A stretch of DNA of 64,000 nucleotides from IMG/VR virus record IMGVR_UViG_3300032243_000867, positions 160,001-224,000 of that record; one strand, 5' to 3'. Positions 48,180 to 58,346 of this stretch are shown piece after piece. The stretch is from a virus (taxonomy: Duplodnaviria; Caudoviricetes). The number at the start of each line of letters is the position of its first letter. The stretch's first letter is position 1. The notes beneath the pieces are model-generated. The model saw only the letters and a program-made list of their open reading frames with translations, did no database searches and had not been told where the DNA came from. The translations under genes were made by a program, and so were the position numbers.

Positions 48180-49256
48180 ATGCGGTTCATCTACGACGGT
48201 CACGCCAATGAGGGTGGAATCTACCGGATCACCAACCAGATCAACGGTCGGTTCTACATTGGCAGCACTTGTCAGTTCAAGGTGAGATGGGCAACCCATC
48301 GCCGTGAACTACTCAAGGGGAACCACTGTAACGCATTTCTCCAGAATGACTTCAACAAGTGTGGCGCAGATGCGTTCGTTGTTGAGGTGCTGGAGGTGAT
48401 CCCGGACAGGGACTCCCGCCTCTGGGCTGAAGGTGCGCTGATCCGCCAGCACTTCGGAAAGGGGTGTTACAACCTCGAACCTGAAGTAGGCCCCCACTAT
48501 CCAGTGAACTCACGGCCCCGGAAACCGCATACCGAGGCAACCAAGGAAAAAATTCGTCAGGCCAAGCGGGGTAAGAGACTCCCCCCAGAGGTCGAGGCAC
48601 AACGTGTAGATGCTGTCCGAGCATCCATGGCAAAACTGAAAGCCACCGGAGGAACCCGTGATTGGGGGGCATCCAAGCGTGGGGTACCTCGAACCGAGGA
48701 AGCCAAGGCCAAAATGCGGGAGTCCGTTGAGCAGCGCCGACAGAATGGGACACTGGTTCTGTCCCCAGAGCAGAGGGATCACCTTCGTCAGGTCAACCTC
48801 GGCAAAGTCTACGGTCCGCGTAGCGAAGAGACAAAGGCGAAACTGCGGGAGGCCTGGGAGTATCGTCCCAGGGTAGCAACCCGTGGTCCTATGAGCGAAG
48901 AGACCAAGGAGAACATCCGGCGGTCCAAGCTCGGGACCAGCCACACGGAAACGGCACGGGCTAAGATGTCAGCATCACACAAGGGCCGACCGTTGTCCGA
49001 CGAGACAAAAGCCAAAATGTCCACCGCACGGAAGGGTCAGGGCACGGGCCGACGCCACTCAGAGGAGACTCGGGCCAAGATGTCGGCTGCGAAGAAAGGC
49101 CGACAGGGACGACCCCTGTCGGATGAGACCAAGGCCAAAATCTCTGCCGCACGGAAAAATCGTAGGTCTGTGCCCCACTCAGAGGAAACGCGGGCCATGA
49201 TGTCACTCGCACAACAAAACCGTAGGGCATCCGAGAAGAGTGGGGCTGCACAGTGA
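48180..49256 (+). mobile_element. Free-standing GIY-YIG homing endonuclease with ~9 NUMOD3-like repeats
   Basis: GGIYRITNQINGRFYIGST..RW..H..L..GNHCN..LQ; repeats H/LSEETK/RAKMS; GGAGGGT SD before ATG 48180. Confidence 0.92.
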
Positions 49257-52200
49257 CAACACCCATCATCCCGAAGTCTCCGGTCCTCTACGGGCTGTAC
49301 AGGTTCTTCCCGCCGTCGGTCTACGGGCCAGCGCCGCAGAACCCCGCGCCCTTCAACCTGCACGGGCAGGTGGATCTGGACCGGGTGAAGTCCCTGGCTG
49401 ACCAGATCGTGACGGTGTTCCTGAACTCTCTGCCGAGCAACTATGTCTCGCAGGTGAAGGGGCCGTACTACGTCCAGCAGTTCCAAGCAGCGGCGGAAGA
49501 ACTCGCGAAGATTCAGGTACTGCTTTCCGACGCCTACGAAGACAGCGACTACGACTTCACCCGCACGGAGGTTCTGTACCAGTTCCTCGCCACGCTGGTG
49601 TTCCCGGACTCGGGGAAGTCTGGGCTACCCCAGATCGACGGGGATCTCACCTACCGTGACTTCCTCAAGCGCATGGTCGCCCTGCTGTTGCAGGGGTCGA
49701 AGTACGTCTCGCTGGTAGGCGGGCTGGAAGCCCTCACCGACGCGAACGTGTCGGTGCTGGAAAAGGTCAAGCATCTTTCCGACCCGGGAATCCTATGGAC
49801 CCTTGCCGACCAGTTCACCTTCGAGGTGGACGTGTCGAACTTCAAGCGCACGGGTACCACCACGGCGATCACCGTCGCCACGCACTACCACACCGTCACG
49901 GTGAACGTATCGGGCACGGGCACCACGGCCTCGGTGCTGTACGACGCGGGCACCGGGCCAGCGCACACGCACACGATCACCGACTTCTTGGTGCAAGAGG
50001 GCGCGGGCACGGGACAAGCCCCGCACACTCACGACCTGATCTCGACGTTCCCCGACCTGCCCATCGTCCTTCAGCGCAACGCGGCGCTGGTGCTCCAGGC
50101 CCTCGATCCGGCCAGCACCTTGTACGAGTACCGAAATCTGTTTCGCGAGAACCTACGGGGGCTCATCACCGACCAAGTGACGGCGATGGACCTGTCCTCG
50201 GGATACTACGAGGACTTCCGGCACGATTGCTCGGGCGTGCGGGAAATCTCGGGCACCGACGGCATCGTGGGCGCGGACCGCTTCCTGTTCCACGACCCGA
50301 CCCTGTCGTTTCGCAGCGTGCGTGTCGGCGCGGAACTGGTCATTCCGGTGCTCCCGCCTCCCGCACCTTCGTCTCACCTACCGCGCGAGAACCGCTACCG
50401 GGTCACGGCGGTGGTGCCCTTCCCCTACGGCGACGACCCCATTCCGCGCGCGTATACCACGTCGCCCACGGGCTTGACGGGATTCGTGACCGTGAGCGAG
50501 GGCGCGTTCACGGATACGACCCAGAACTTCACCCTGTGCGGCGAGGGTGAGACTATCACCCTCACCTCGGGGCCGAACGCAGGCACCTACCTGTTGGACG
50601 TGGCCACGGGGTTGAACGGGGGTCCGTTGGGCAACCCGGCTACTCTCGGACCGTCCACGGGCGTGCGCCCCGTGCCGTCCTACCTCCGGGTGGTGCCGCG
50701 CATTATGACCCCCGGTACGGGCATCACCTACCGGGTGATGGTGGATCACCTCGGCGTGCGCGTGCCGCAGACGGTGACGAACGAAGATGCCGGTTGGTAC
50801 TTCTTCGGCCCCGCCGTCACGGACACCCTCTACACGCGCCTCGGGCCTCTGGTGAAGTCTTGGGGTGACGCAACCCCGGCGCAGGTGGCCGACGTGACGG
50901 TGCGGTACGACGGGCTCCCTATCCCCGTCAGTGCCGTCAACCCCTACACGGGGGAAGTCACCCTCGCCGCGCCCGTCGCCCCGTTTGCGCCGGGGGCTCA
51001 CACGGTAACGGTGAGCTACCGCTGGTTCATCTCGCCCGTGACGGGGATGGCGGGGTTGAACACCAAGGGGCTCACCCTCAACAAGTGGTCCCTGCGCGGT
51101 GGCCGCAACACAACCACCACCCCGACGCCGACGAGCGTCTATGGCGGTTTCTACACCACCCCGTTTCCCATGGGCGTGACCCTCGGGCGGTTCAACCGTC
51201 GGGCTCCCTCCCTTCGCATCGCTCACAGGTACATCGGGTTCGAGAAGGGCTACACGGCGAGCCTCAACTCACCGACCACGATGCTCCTCAATCAAGTGCC
51301 GGGGAGAACCTCCGTTCCGTACGCCGTCGCGGACGTATCGCCCCAGAGCTTCCGATACGAGGGTGACGTACTGCCCGCCGCACCGTGGGAGCCCGTGGGT
51401 CCGGTGCTCGGGTCGCTGAATGAGGGGTACTACACCCTCGCGGACAACAGCCCCGCGCAGGTGGGTTACTGGAAGCGGGACTTCGCCCTTCCTACCTCCA
51501 CCACCGTCGCGATGGCCGCACGCTTTCGAGTGGTGAGTGCGAGCCCTGATGGGGTGTTCGCGGGCGTGGGCTTCGGGTTCCACAACAACCGTAGGCTGTT
51601 CTTCGCGGGTGCGTTGCGGGTGCCGAACCCGGTGACGGGAGAGCCTCTTCGGCACATTGGGATTCTCCTCCGTCCGGGAGACGCCTCACTGCGGTCTTCG
51701 TGGACCATCGGGCCGAACGCAGACGGCAAAGTGCAGAAGCTGTCCGCAGGGGCGACCTACGGCACGGTGGCCGTCCCCACGGCCACCGTGCCGACACTGG
51801 TCACGGCGGGCGACAAGTTTCAGATTCTCGACGGCACGCAAGCTGGCGTGTACACGATCACGGACTTGTACCTGTCGCGGCGCACGGGGCAGACCTTCTT
51901 GGTCGTTTCACCCCCGTTCCCGGCGAACCCGGAGCTTTTCGGCAACCGGGACGTGACCCTGTACTTCGACACCCCGTGGGATGCGGGGATGTGTACGTGG
52001 CGTCTGTACGCGAACACCCGTAGTCAATCCGTCACGGTGGTGTTTGGCGGCACGTCGGGGTCTACGACCTCGGTCACGACGAACACCTTGGCTAGCCCCG
52101 CGTACCTCGGCCCGGACGTACTCCCAGAGGGCTACGGGCGGGCGCTCTGGGGCTCCCTCGACCGCATCGCCACGAACACTGCGACGTGGGACTTCGTGCG

Positions 52201-54895
52201 GGTGGCAAGCACACCCGACGGGGGGTACAACTACTCGCGTGGGACGCTGATCGACACCAAGTGGGCGCGGGGCACCGTTACGGTTCTCACCCCGATTGCC
52301 GGGGACACCCTCACCATTGATGCCTCGCCCGCGCCGATTCTGGGCCCGACCGTCACCCTGACGGCGGGCACCAGTTACTCCATCGGGGCCACGAACGTGG
52401 ACACGGCGACGAACCTCGCCGCCGCGATCAACGCGAGTATCCTCGCCCCGAACTACCTCGAAGCCGCGGCCAACGGCATTCGCGTCACCCTCACTACCAA
52501 CACCAGCGGATCACCCGGCAACGGCATCGGGCTATCTACCGTCAGCGGCGGGCGGCTGGTGCTATCGGGCGCGACCCTCGCGGGCGCAGCGACGGACCCG
52601 GAGAACGGCGATTGGTACCTAGAAACACCCTTCGGTGACACCCGCGCCTCGGGCAGCACCGTCTCCATCACCAGCACCCCGGCGGAAGCGGGGCTGGGCA
52701 CCTACTACGGCTACGGGTACACGGACCCGTTCCTCAACGGGCGACGGGTGACGGCCTTCGACGCGAAGGTATCGGTGCAGCGAGATACGGCGGGCGTCGG
52801 CGGTGCGACCCTTGTGCTGCGCGACACACACAAGGAAGCCCGCCTCGCTACCCTGCGGTGGATCGACAAGGGAGTGCTCGGGAAGTTCATCTTCCGCACG
52901 GATACCGTATCCCTCGTAGGCAGCACCCCGTACTGGCAGCAAGGCTGGGACGGGCTCGCGGGGGACCGTGCGTTTGCCAACGGCCCGGAACAAGTGCTTC
53001 GCGGGGGCGACCTCCCGTGGTCGGTGTTCCGAAACCTCACCCCGTACCACTCCCCCGACGTGGGGAGGTTCTTGGAGTTCCGCCTCGCGGTGGAAAGCTC
53101 GACCCCCGGCGCGCTGGGCCGCATCGGGCTGTCTCTCTCCTGTGAGTTTGGCCCCATCCCCCGCGCCGTGTACCTAGAGTTCCGCACGGGCGGTGTGACG
53201 CTCACCACCGCACCGGGCGCGGGTGCTATCGTAAACGTCGGCGTGCCGTGGGAAGATGGCGCTGCCCGTACCTACCGTGTCACCTACAACGTAGGTACGA
53301 ACACCGTTGATCTGCACATCGACGGCGTGGCGGGCGTTCTGGGCGTCGCCCTCGGGCTGTTCTCACCGAGCTCCCTTTCGGGCAGCGCGCAGGTGCAGTC
53401 CGACGTGGTCGCGGGGGCGGGCTTCACGGCCAACCTCCGGGGCTTGTGTTACGGCGGGACGGACGAAGGGGTGTCGGGCCTCGGGCGCACCTTCGGTATC
53501 TACCTCGGCGGCGACCCGCAAGACTTCAACAACTGGCGTATCCCTCGCACGGACGGGCTGAACGTCCCGAACAGCGACCCCTCGTCGGTCATCACCCCGA
53601 TGGATTGGTCGAGCGAGTGCTGGGTGCGGGTGTTCATGGACCCGACCTTCGGCGTGGCCTTCATCCGCCCTGACCTCGCGCCCCCGCCCGGATACACGGG
53701 CGACTTCGCCACGCAGTCGATGAACCCCAGCGCCGGGTGGGTGAGGCTGGAGTACGCGAAGCTACCGAGATTGCCCTCCGCCGAACGCTTCGGGGCCGTT
53801 TCTTTCGGCGCACTGAACGCGAACGGCTCGGTGCTCTCGACGTGGAACGACGTGCGGTACCGGGTGTTCACGAACACGTCGGTGGACTACGCGGCTCCGC
53901 AGGGGATGGCCCTGAACCGCTGGAACGTGGTATCCAGCAACGAGTTCGCGCGCGACACCACCCCGGAAGAAGTGGTCGTCGCCAGCGTAACCCGGTTCCG
54001 GGTTTCACTCCGTCCGTGCCACATCTTCGCGGACCGGGTGTTCGCCGTGCGGGTGGGCGGTGTGACGGTGCCGCAGAACCTCTGGCGGTTCAACCGCGAT
54101 AGCCAAGAGGTCACTCTGGTGCCGGGGCTCCCTTCGGAGGGCTATCCCGTGAACGTGGTGTTCGCGCCCGGTAGGCCGATCACCACCACCTACCTGCAAT
54201 CGCAGCCGTTCGACCAGTCGCAGACGATTCTGAACGAGGGCACGCCGACGTTCCAAGAGTCGCAGTCGGGCACGGCGGCGTATTCCACCATCACCCTCGA
54301 TACCGTCTCGGGCGACGGCGGGCGCACCCCCAAGTTCCCGCCCGCTGGCCCCACCGACCCGGAGTACTTCCTTCGGGATCAGTACCTCGTACGGCAAGCG
54401 TCGGACACCGACGCCCTGTACGAGCGCATGGACTTCATCCGCCTCGAAGACGGCGGGCAGCGCGGACGGATCTCCTCGTACTGCGAGGGCGGTCCCGGCC
54501 CGGACGGGACGTGGGCGACGACGGAGTTCGCCTTCGCGGGAGCGGCCTTCACCGACCCCTACGCGGGGCGGGTGCGCCCCCCGGTAGGCGTGCGCCCCGG
54601 TTCGTACCGCTACTCCCTCATGGCCTCGGGGGCTGGGTTCAACGGCGGCGAACTGGGAACCTACTCGTTCGCAAATCCGACAACGGGCGTGGTAGCGCCC
54701 TTCAGCGGGGCTTCTCCCGTCACGACGGGTGCCGAACCTCGGATGCTCTACGCCACGGCACCTTCCTCGGGCGTGGTGCGGGGCACCGACAATGGGGCCA
54801 TCTACCGGGAAACCCTGTTCGTCCTTCGCACGGGCGCGGCACCGGGCACGGTCACCGTCTGGACGGGCGGGAGTCCGCAACAGACGTGGGGTTGA
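49253..54895 (+). CDS. Very large baseplate/tail protein (1880 aa), at the position of a gp7/tail-I-like wedge gene
   Basis: Follows baseplate J and the HEG with GTGA coupling; beta-rich; strong codon bias. Confidence 0.6.
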   Translation: MTTPIIPKSPVLYGLYRFFPPSVYGPAPQNPAPFNLHGQVDLDRVKSLADQIVTVFLNSLPSNYVSQVKGPYYVQQFQAAAEELAKIQVLLSDAYEDSDYDFTRTEVLYQFLATLVFPDSGKSGLPQIDGDLTYRDFLKRMVALLLQGSKYVSLVGGLEALTDANVSVLEKVKHLSDPGILWTLADQFTFEVDVSNFKRTGTTTAITVATHYHTVTVNVSGTGTTASVLYDAGTGPAHTHTITDFLVQEGAGTGQAPHTHDLISTFPDLPIVLQRNAALVLQALDPASTLYEYRNLFRENLRGLITDQVTAMDLSSGYYEDFRHDCSGVREISGTDGIVGADRFLFHDPTLSFRSVRVGAELVIPVLPPPAPSSHLPRENRYRVTAVVPFPYGDDPIPRAYTTSPTGLTGFVTVSEGAFTDTTQNFTLCGEGETITLTSGPNAGTYLLDVATGLNGGPLGNPATLGPSTGVRPVPSYLRVVPRIMTPGTGITYRVMVDHLGVRVPQTVTNEDAGWYFFGPAVTDTLYTRLGPLVKSWGDATPAQVADVTVRYDGLPIPVSAVNPYTGEVTLAAPVAPFAPGAHTVTVSYRWFISPVTGMAGLNTKGLTLNKWSLRGGRNTTTTPTPTSVYGGFYTTPFPMGVTLGRFNRRAPSLRIAHRYIGFEKGYTASLNSPTTMLLNQVPGRTSVPYAVADVSPQSFRYEGDVLPAAPWEPVGPVLGSLNEGYYTLADNSPAQVGYWKRDFALPTSTTVAMAARFRVVSASPDGVFAGVGFGFHNNRRLFFAGALRVPNPVTGEPLRHIGILLRPGDASLRSSWTIGPNADGKVQKLSAGATYGTVAVPTATVPTLVTAGDKFQILDGTQAGVYTITDLYLSRRTGQTFLVVSPPFPANPELFGNRDVTLYFDTPWDAGMCTWRLYANTRSQSVTVVFGGTSGSTTSVTTNTLASPAYLGPDVLPEGYGRALWGSLDRIATNTATWDFVRVASTPDGGYNYSRGTLIDTKWARGTVTVLTPIAGDTLTIDASPAPILGPTVTLTAGTSYSIGATNVDTATNLAAAINASILAPNYLEAAANGIRVTLTTNTSGSPGNGIGLSTVSGGRLVLSGATLAGAATDPENGDWYLETPFGDTRASGSTVSITSTPAEAGLGTYYGYGYTDPFLNGRRVTAFDAKVSVQRDTAGVGGATLVLRDTHKEARLATLRWIDKGVLGKFIFRTDTVSLVGSTPYWQQGWDGLAGDRAFANGPEQVLRGGDLPWSVFRNLTPYHSPDVGRFLEFRLAVESSTPGALGRIGLSLSCEFGPIPRAVYLEFRTGGVTLTTAPGAGAIVNVGVPWEDGAARTYRVTYNVGTNTVDLHIDGVAGVLGVALGLFSPSSLSGSAQVQSDVVAGAGFTANLRGLCYGGTDEGVSGLGRTFGIYLGGDPQDFNNWRIPRTDGLNVPNSDPSSVITPMDWSSECWVRVFMDPTFGVAFIRPDLAPPPGYTGDFATQSMNPSAGWVRLEYAKLPRLPSAERFGAVSFGALNANGSVLSTWNDVRYRVFTNTSVDYAAPQGMALNRWNVVSSNEFARDTTPEEVVVASVTRFRVSLRPCHIFADRVFAVRVGGVTVPQNLWRFNRDSQEVTLVPGLPSEGYPVNVVFAPGRPITTTYLQSQPFDQSQTILNEGTPTFQESQSGTAAYSTITLDTVSGDGGRTPKFPPAGPTDPEYFLRDQYLVRQASDTDALYERMDFIRLEDGGQRGRISSYCEGGPGPDGTWATTEFAFAGAAFTDPYAGRVRPPVGVRPGSYRYSLMASGAGFNGGELGTYSFANPTTGVVAPFSGASPVTTGAEPRMLYATAPSSGVVRGTDNGAIYRETLFVLRTGAAPGTVTVWTGGSPQQTWG

Positions 54896-54931
54896 CCCGC
54901 CGTTACCTTGCCTATACTGACCTCATATTAT

Positions 54932-55087
54932 ATGGCAGCGAAGGTTCAAGTGCTCGTCGGATTCGATGCAGACCAGATTGAATGGCTCAAGTCTGAGAGC
55001 CTTCGACGCCGCGTGCCCAGAGCTCAAGTTGTTCGCGAGCTAGTCCTCCGAGAAATGACTCCGCAACCGAAAACGCCCGTCGAATGA
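54932..55087 (+). CDS. 51 aa ribbon-helix-helix (CopG-like) protein
   Basis: MAAKVQVLVGFDADQIEWLKSESLRRRVPRAQVVRELVLREM: alternating beta strand then two helices; ATGA-coupled to tnpB; absent from the ORF track. Confidence 0.6.
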   Translation: MAAKVQVLVGFDADQIEWLKSESLRRRVPRAQVVRELVLREMTPQPKTPVE

Positions 55088-56322
55088 TCTTGCGGGCCTA
55101 CAGGGTAGAGCTCGACCCAAACGACCGGCAACGGACGGCCTTTATCCGTCATGCCGGGTCCGTGAGGTTCGTCTACAACTGGGGCCTCGCTACTTTGATG
55201 CAGGACTACGCGGAGCGGAAAGCTGCCACCCCCGAAGGCGAAAAGGTGAAGGGTGGGTTGCGACCTCTCGATCTACAAGCCCGCCTTCCGGCGTTGAAGA
55301 TCGAGCACCCGTGGCTCGCGGAAGTTACCGCACAGTCTCTCCAGATGTCTGTTCGCAACCTCGACCGTGCGTTCCGAGGCTTCTTTCGACGGGTGAAAGC
55401 GGGTCTCACTCCCGGATACCCCCGCTTCAAGAAGCGCGGGTTGACCAAGCCCGCGTTCCAATTTGCTCAGAAGGTCAAGGCTACGGGGACTCGCGTTTGT
55501 CTCCCGAAGATCGGACCCGTGCGGTTGAAGCAGCGGGGCTACATCCCCGCAGACCTCCCCCTCAAAACCGTCACCGTCAGGGAGGTTGTGGGGAGGTGGT
55601 TCGTAACGGTTCTGGTTGAGGTTCCAGACCCACCGAAGGTCGAAACGACCGGGGGGATCATTGGGATCGACCTCGGCGTCAAGACCCTCGCCACCCTATC
55701 GGACGGAACGGTCTACCCCAACCCGAAACACCTTGAACGGTCTCAAGATTCCCTAACGCGCCTTCAACGGAAGCTCTCCCGTCAGCAGAAAGGATCGAAC
55801 AGACGGGCCAAGACCAAGGTCCGCATTGCGAAGGCCCACGCACGGATCAGTAACCAACGGGTGGGTAGCCTCCACAAGATGACCAGCGAAGTCGTGAAAA
55901 CCAAGCGACCTACGACTATCGTCATCGAGGACTTGAACGTCGCGGGAATGACCCGGAATCGTCGTCTAGCGAGGGCGGTGAGTTCCGCATCGTTCGCGGA
56001 GATTCGTCGTCAACTAACATACAAGTGTGACTGGCACGGGGTGAAACTCGTGGTAGCAGACCGCTTCTATCCGTCCAGCAAGACTTGCAACGGCTGCGGG
56101 GCGGTGAAGAGCGACATCACCTTGGGGGAGCGTACCTACGTCTGCGACCTTTGCGGGTATGTTCGAGACCGAGACGTGAACGCGGCTCTCAACCTACGGG
56201 GTTGGGGAATGAATTTTCTGGCCGGGGGAACCCCGGCGACTGCTCGCGGAGGAAACGTAAGACCCGAAGCAATTCGGGCAGATTCCGTTGAAACGAGAAC
56301 CGATCAGGGGACGGCCCCGTAA
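55084..56322 (+). CDS. tnpB: TnpB RNA-guided nuclease
   Basis: AYRVELDP..RFVYNWGL; RuvC-I GIDLGVK, RuvC-II VIEDLNV, Zn finger SKTCNGCG..CDLCG, RuvC-III DRDVNAALNL. Confidence 0.95.
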   Translation: MILRAYRVELDPNDRQRTAFIRHAGSVRFVYNWGLATLMQDYAERKAATPEGEKVKGGLRPLDLQARLPALKIEHPWLAEVTAQSLQMSVRNLDRAFRGFFRRVKAGLTPGYPRFKKRGLTKPAFQFAQKVKATGTRVCLPKIGPVRLKQRGYIPADLPLKTVTVREVVGRWFVTVLVEVPDPPKVETTGGIIGIDLGVKTLATLSDGTVYPNPKHLERSQDSLTRLQRKLSRQQKGSNRRAKTKVRIAKAHARISNQRVGSLHKMTSEVVKTKRPTTIVIEDLNVAGMTRNRRLARAVSSASFAEIRRQLTYKCDWHGVKLVVADRFYPSSKTCNGCGAVKSDITLGERTYVCDLCGYVRDRDVNAALNLRGWGMNFLAGGTPATARGGNVRPEAIRADSVETRTDQGTAP

Positions 56323-56358
56323 GCATCGGAGTTCAACGTATCCCGCCTATAAACGGGA
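56215..56358 (+). ncRNA. Putative omega-RNA (reRNA) scaffold + guide overlapping the tnpB 3' end; bounds approximate
   Basis: Hairpins cccgaagcaattcggg and ggggacggcccc; ends at ..GAGTTCAAC. TnpB omega-RNAs are known to derive from this position. Confidence 0.45.
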
Positions 56359-56364
56359 GAGGGT

Positions 56365-57015
56365 ATGCGCTACGCCGACCGGGTCAACCGACCCCGCGAG
56401 GGACTCAAGATGGGCTTCGATTTCGGGCACGCCGATGGTGTGGTGTCCCTCAAGGGGACGTACATCATTCACCTCACGGACATCGCCACGGGTGAAGTTC
56501 TCGATCACCGAGAGAAGTCAAACATCGTCACGCTGGACGGCGGGATTCTGGTCGCGTTGCTTCTCGCCTCGGGTCCGACCCCGGTGCCTCCTTCGCAGCG
56601 CGGGCTCACCATGCTCGCCGTGGGCACGGGGGCGACGGGGCCGTTGCTGAACCCCGACGCGCCCGACCCCCGGCAACGGAAGCTCAACAGCGAGCTCTGG
56701 CGCAAGGTTTTCAGCGTTCGCCAGTTCCGCAACTCGACAGGCGGTGCCGTGAGCTATCCCACCAACGTGGTGGACTTCACGGCGACCTTCGGCGCGGGCG
56801 AGGCCGAAGGTCCCCTCAACGAGATGGGCCTGCTACGCACCCTCACCCTCGGGCCGACCCCCGGTACGCCGATTACCCCGGCCCCGGTGTTCCCGGCATA
56901 TGACCCGACCGTGGATCTCACGAACTACGACATCCTCGCGAACTACACAACCTTCGGGGTATGCGTGAAACCCGCGAACAGCCTCCTCACCATCACTTGG
57001 CGGCTTACGACGTGA
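56365..57015 (+). CDS. Baseplate/tail-collar-fibre-type protein (DUF3751/gp8-like)
   Basis: NIVT..G..LAVGTG..P..Q.KL..EL.RK..FTATF..EAEG.LNEMGL; preceded by CCTAT-N14-ATG. Confidence 0.6.
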   Translation: MRYADRVNRPREGLKMGFDFGHADGVVSLKGTYIIHLTDIATGEVLDHREKSNIVTLDGGILVALLLASGPTPVPPSQRGLTMLAVGTGATGPLLNPDAPDPRQRKLNSELWRKVFSVRQFRNSTGGAVSYPTNVVDFTATFGAGEAEGPLNEMGLLRTLTLGPTPGTPITPAPVFPAYDPTVDLTNYDILANYTTFGVCVKPANSLLTITWRLTT

Positions 57016-58346
57016 ACGAGAAGCTCTACGTCCTCGATACTTCCGTTCTCATCCACGACCCCGAAGCTCTGAGGTCGTTCCGCGGCACATCGGTCGCCAT
57101 TCCGATCTTCGTGGTGATGGAGCTCGACGACCTCAAGGTGAGCACCCGTCACGAGGTGTCGAGTGCAGCCCGCACGGCTTCGCGGCGCATCGCCCGCATC
57201 GTTTCGCAGGGCGACGTGAACAACCCGAACGGGATCAACGATCTCAAGACCGGGAGCACGTTCTACGTCGTCGGTCAGGACGAGCACTTCGAGAGCCTCC
57301 AGAACACCACCTTGTCCCGCAAGATGGACCTGCTCATCCTCGGCAGCGCCCTGAAGCTACAGGAACGCTTTGCCAACAAAACGGTGGTGCTGGTTTCCAA
57401 GGACGTGAACCTTCGCATTCTCGCCGCCGCCAAGGGCGTCGGGGCGGAGGATTATCGCAAGGACCGGGTGGACCCGAACGAGGTTCCCTCGGGCGTTCAT
57501 ACCCAGGTGCTCACGGACCCCGATGCCCTTCAGCCCCTCTACGGGGCGGACCCGCCCGATACGGTGCCGTGCGTAGACCTAGACGCGGTGTCCCCCAACG
57601 AGTTCATTCGGTTCACCGGGCAAGGGTTCAGCCCCCAGTTGTTCCGATGGAACGGGACCGCCTTGCGCCCCGCTTCGCGCGGGAAGGGCATGAAGTTCGA
57701 GGCCCGCAACGACGGCCAGCGTATGGCGCTGGACCTATTGATGGACCCGAAGGTCCACCTCGTCGTGCTGAACGGCGCGGCGGGCTCGGGCAAAACGCTG
57801 CTCAGCCTGATGGCGGGGCTGTACCAGTTGGAACGCCAATACGACAAGATCATCCTGTCGAAGCCCGTGGTGTCGATGGGCCGTGACCTCGGGTATCTAC
57901 CCGGCACCGAGAGCGACAAGATGCACCCGTGGATGTTGTCGTTCTACGACAACCTCGACCAGCTTCTCACCACCGATGCGAAGGAAAACAAGCGCAAGGG
58001 GGTCAAGGAGAAGAACTGGGAGCAACTGATGCAATCGGGGCAGGTGGAAATCCAGCCCATGCACAGCATCCGTGGGCGGTCTATCCCGCGCTCGTTCATG
58101 CTGTTCGACGAGATTCAGAACGCCACCCCCCACGAGGTGAAAACCGTGGTGAGCCGTGCGGCCACGGGGACGAAGGTAGTCCTGTGCGGTGACCCGTCGC
58201 AGATCGACGACCCGTTTCTGGATGCCTTCAGCAACGGGTTGGTACACGCCGCGAAGATGACTCGGGAATCACCCTTGGCCGGGTCGGTCTATCTCGGTGA
58301 GGGCGTCCGCAGCCCACTGGCAGAGCTCGCGGCCAAGTCCCTCTGA
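57012..58346 (+). CDS. phoH: PIN-PhoH (PhoH2/YlaK-type) protein
   Basis: YVLDTSVLIHDP..VVMELDDLK..D..IL..VSKDVNLR (PIN); GAAGSGKT, LGYLPG, IRGRS, DEIQN, LCGDPSQID (PhoH); GTG start. Confidence 0.92.
   Translation: MNEKLYVLDTSVLIHDPEALRSFRGTSVAIPIFVVMELDDLKVSTRHEVSSAARTASRRIARIVSQGDVNNPNGINDLKTGSTFYVVGQDEHFESLQNTTLSRKMDLLILGSALKLQERFANKTVVLVSKDVNLRILAAAKGVGAEDYRKDRVDPNEVPSGVHTQVLTDPDALQPLYGADPPDTVPCVDLDAVSPNEFIRFTGQGFSPQLFRWNGTALRPASRGKGMKFEARNDGQRMALDLLMDPKVHLVVLNGAAGSGKTLLSLMAGLYQLERQYDKIILSKPVVSMGRDLGYLPGTESDKMHPWMLSFYDNLDQLLTTDAKENKRKGVKEKNWEQLMQSGQVEIQPMHSIRGRSIPRSFMLFDEIQNATPHEVKTVVSRAATGTKVVLCGDPSQIDDPFLDAFSNGLVHAAKMTRESPLAGSVYLGEGVRSPLAELAAKSL

Larger units (their letters stand above)
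54907..56338 (+). mobile_element. IS200/IS605-superfamily element (TnpB without TnpA); ends approximate
   Basis: tnpB + small RHH ORF; TTAC at 54903-54906 (possible target motif); TTCAA near 56333-56337 (typical right-end tetra/pentamer); lower GC. Confidence 0.65.

Noticed and set aside
48830-49210. Repeated DNA units resembling a CRISPR or tandem array
   Set aside because: They are in-frame NUMOD3 coding repeats, degenerate, without constant repeat/unique spacer structure
54903-54931. Sigma70-like promoter TTACCT-N17-TATTAT before the RHH gene
   Set aside because: The ATG follows the -10 box with no spacing, which is incompatible with a normal TSS position
55084-56322. TnpB as a nuclease-dead, domesticated regulator (TldR-like)
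   Set aside because: All three RuvC acidic residues (D in GIDLG, E in IEDL, D in DRDVN) are intact
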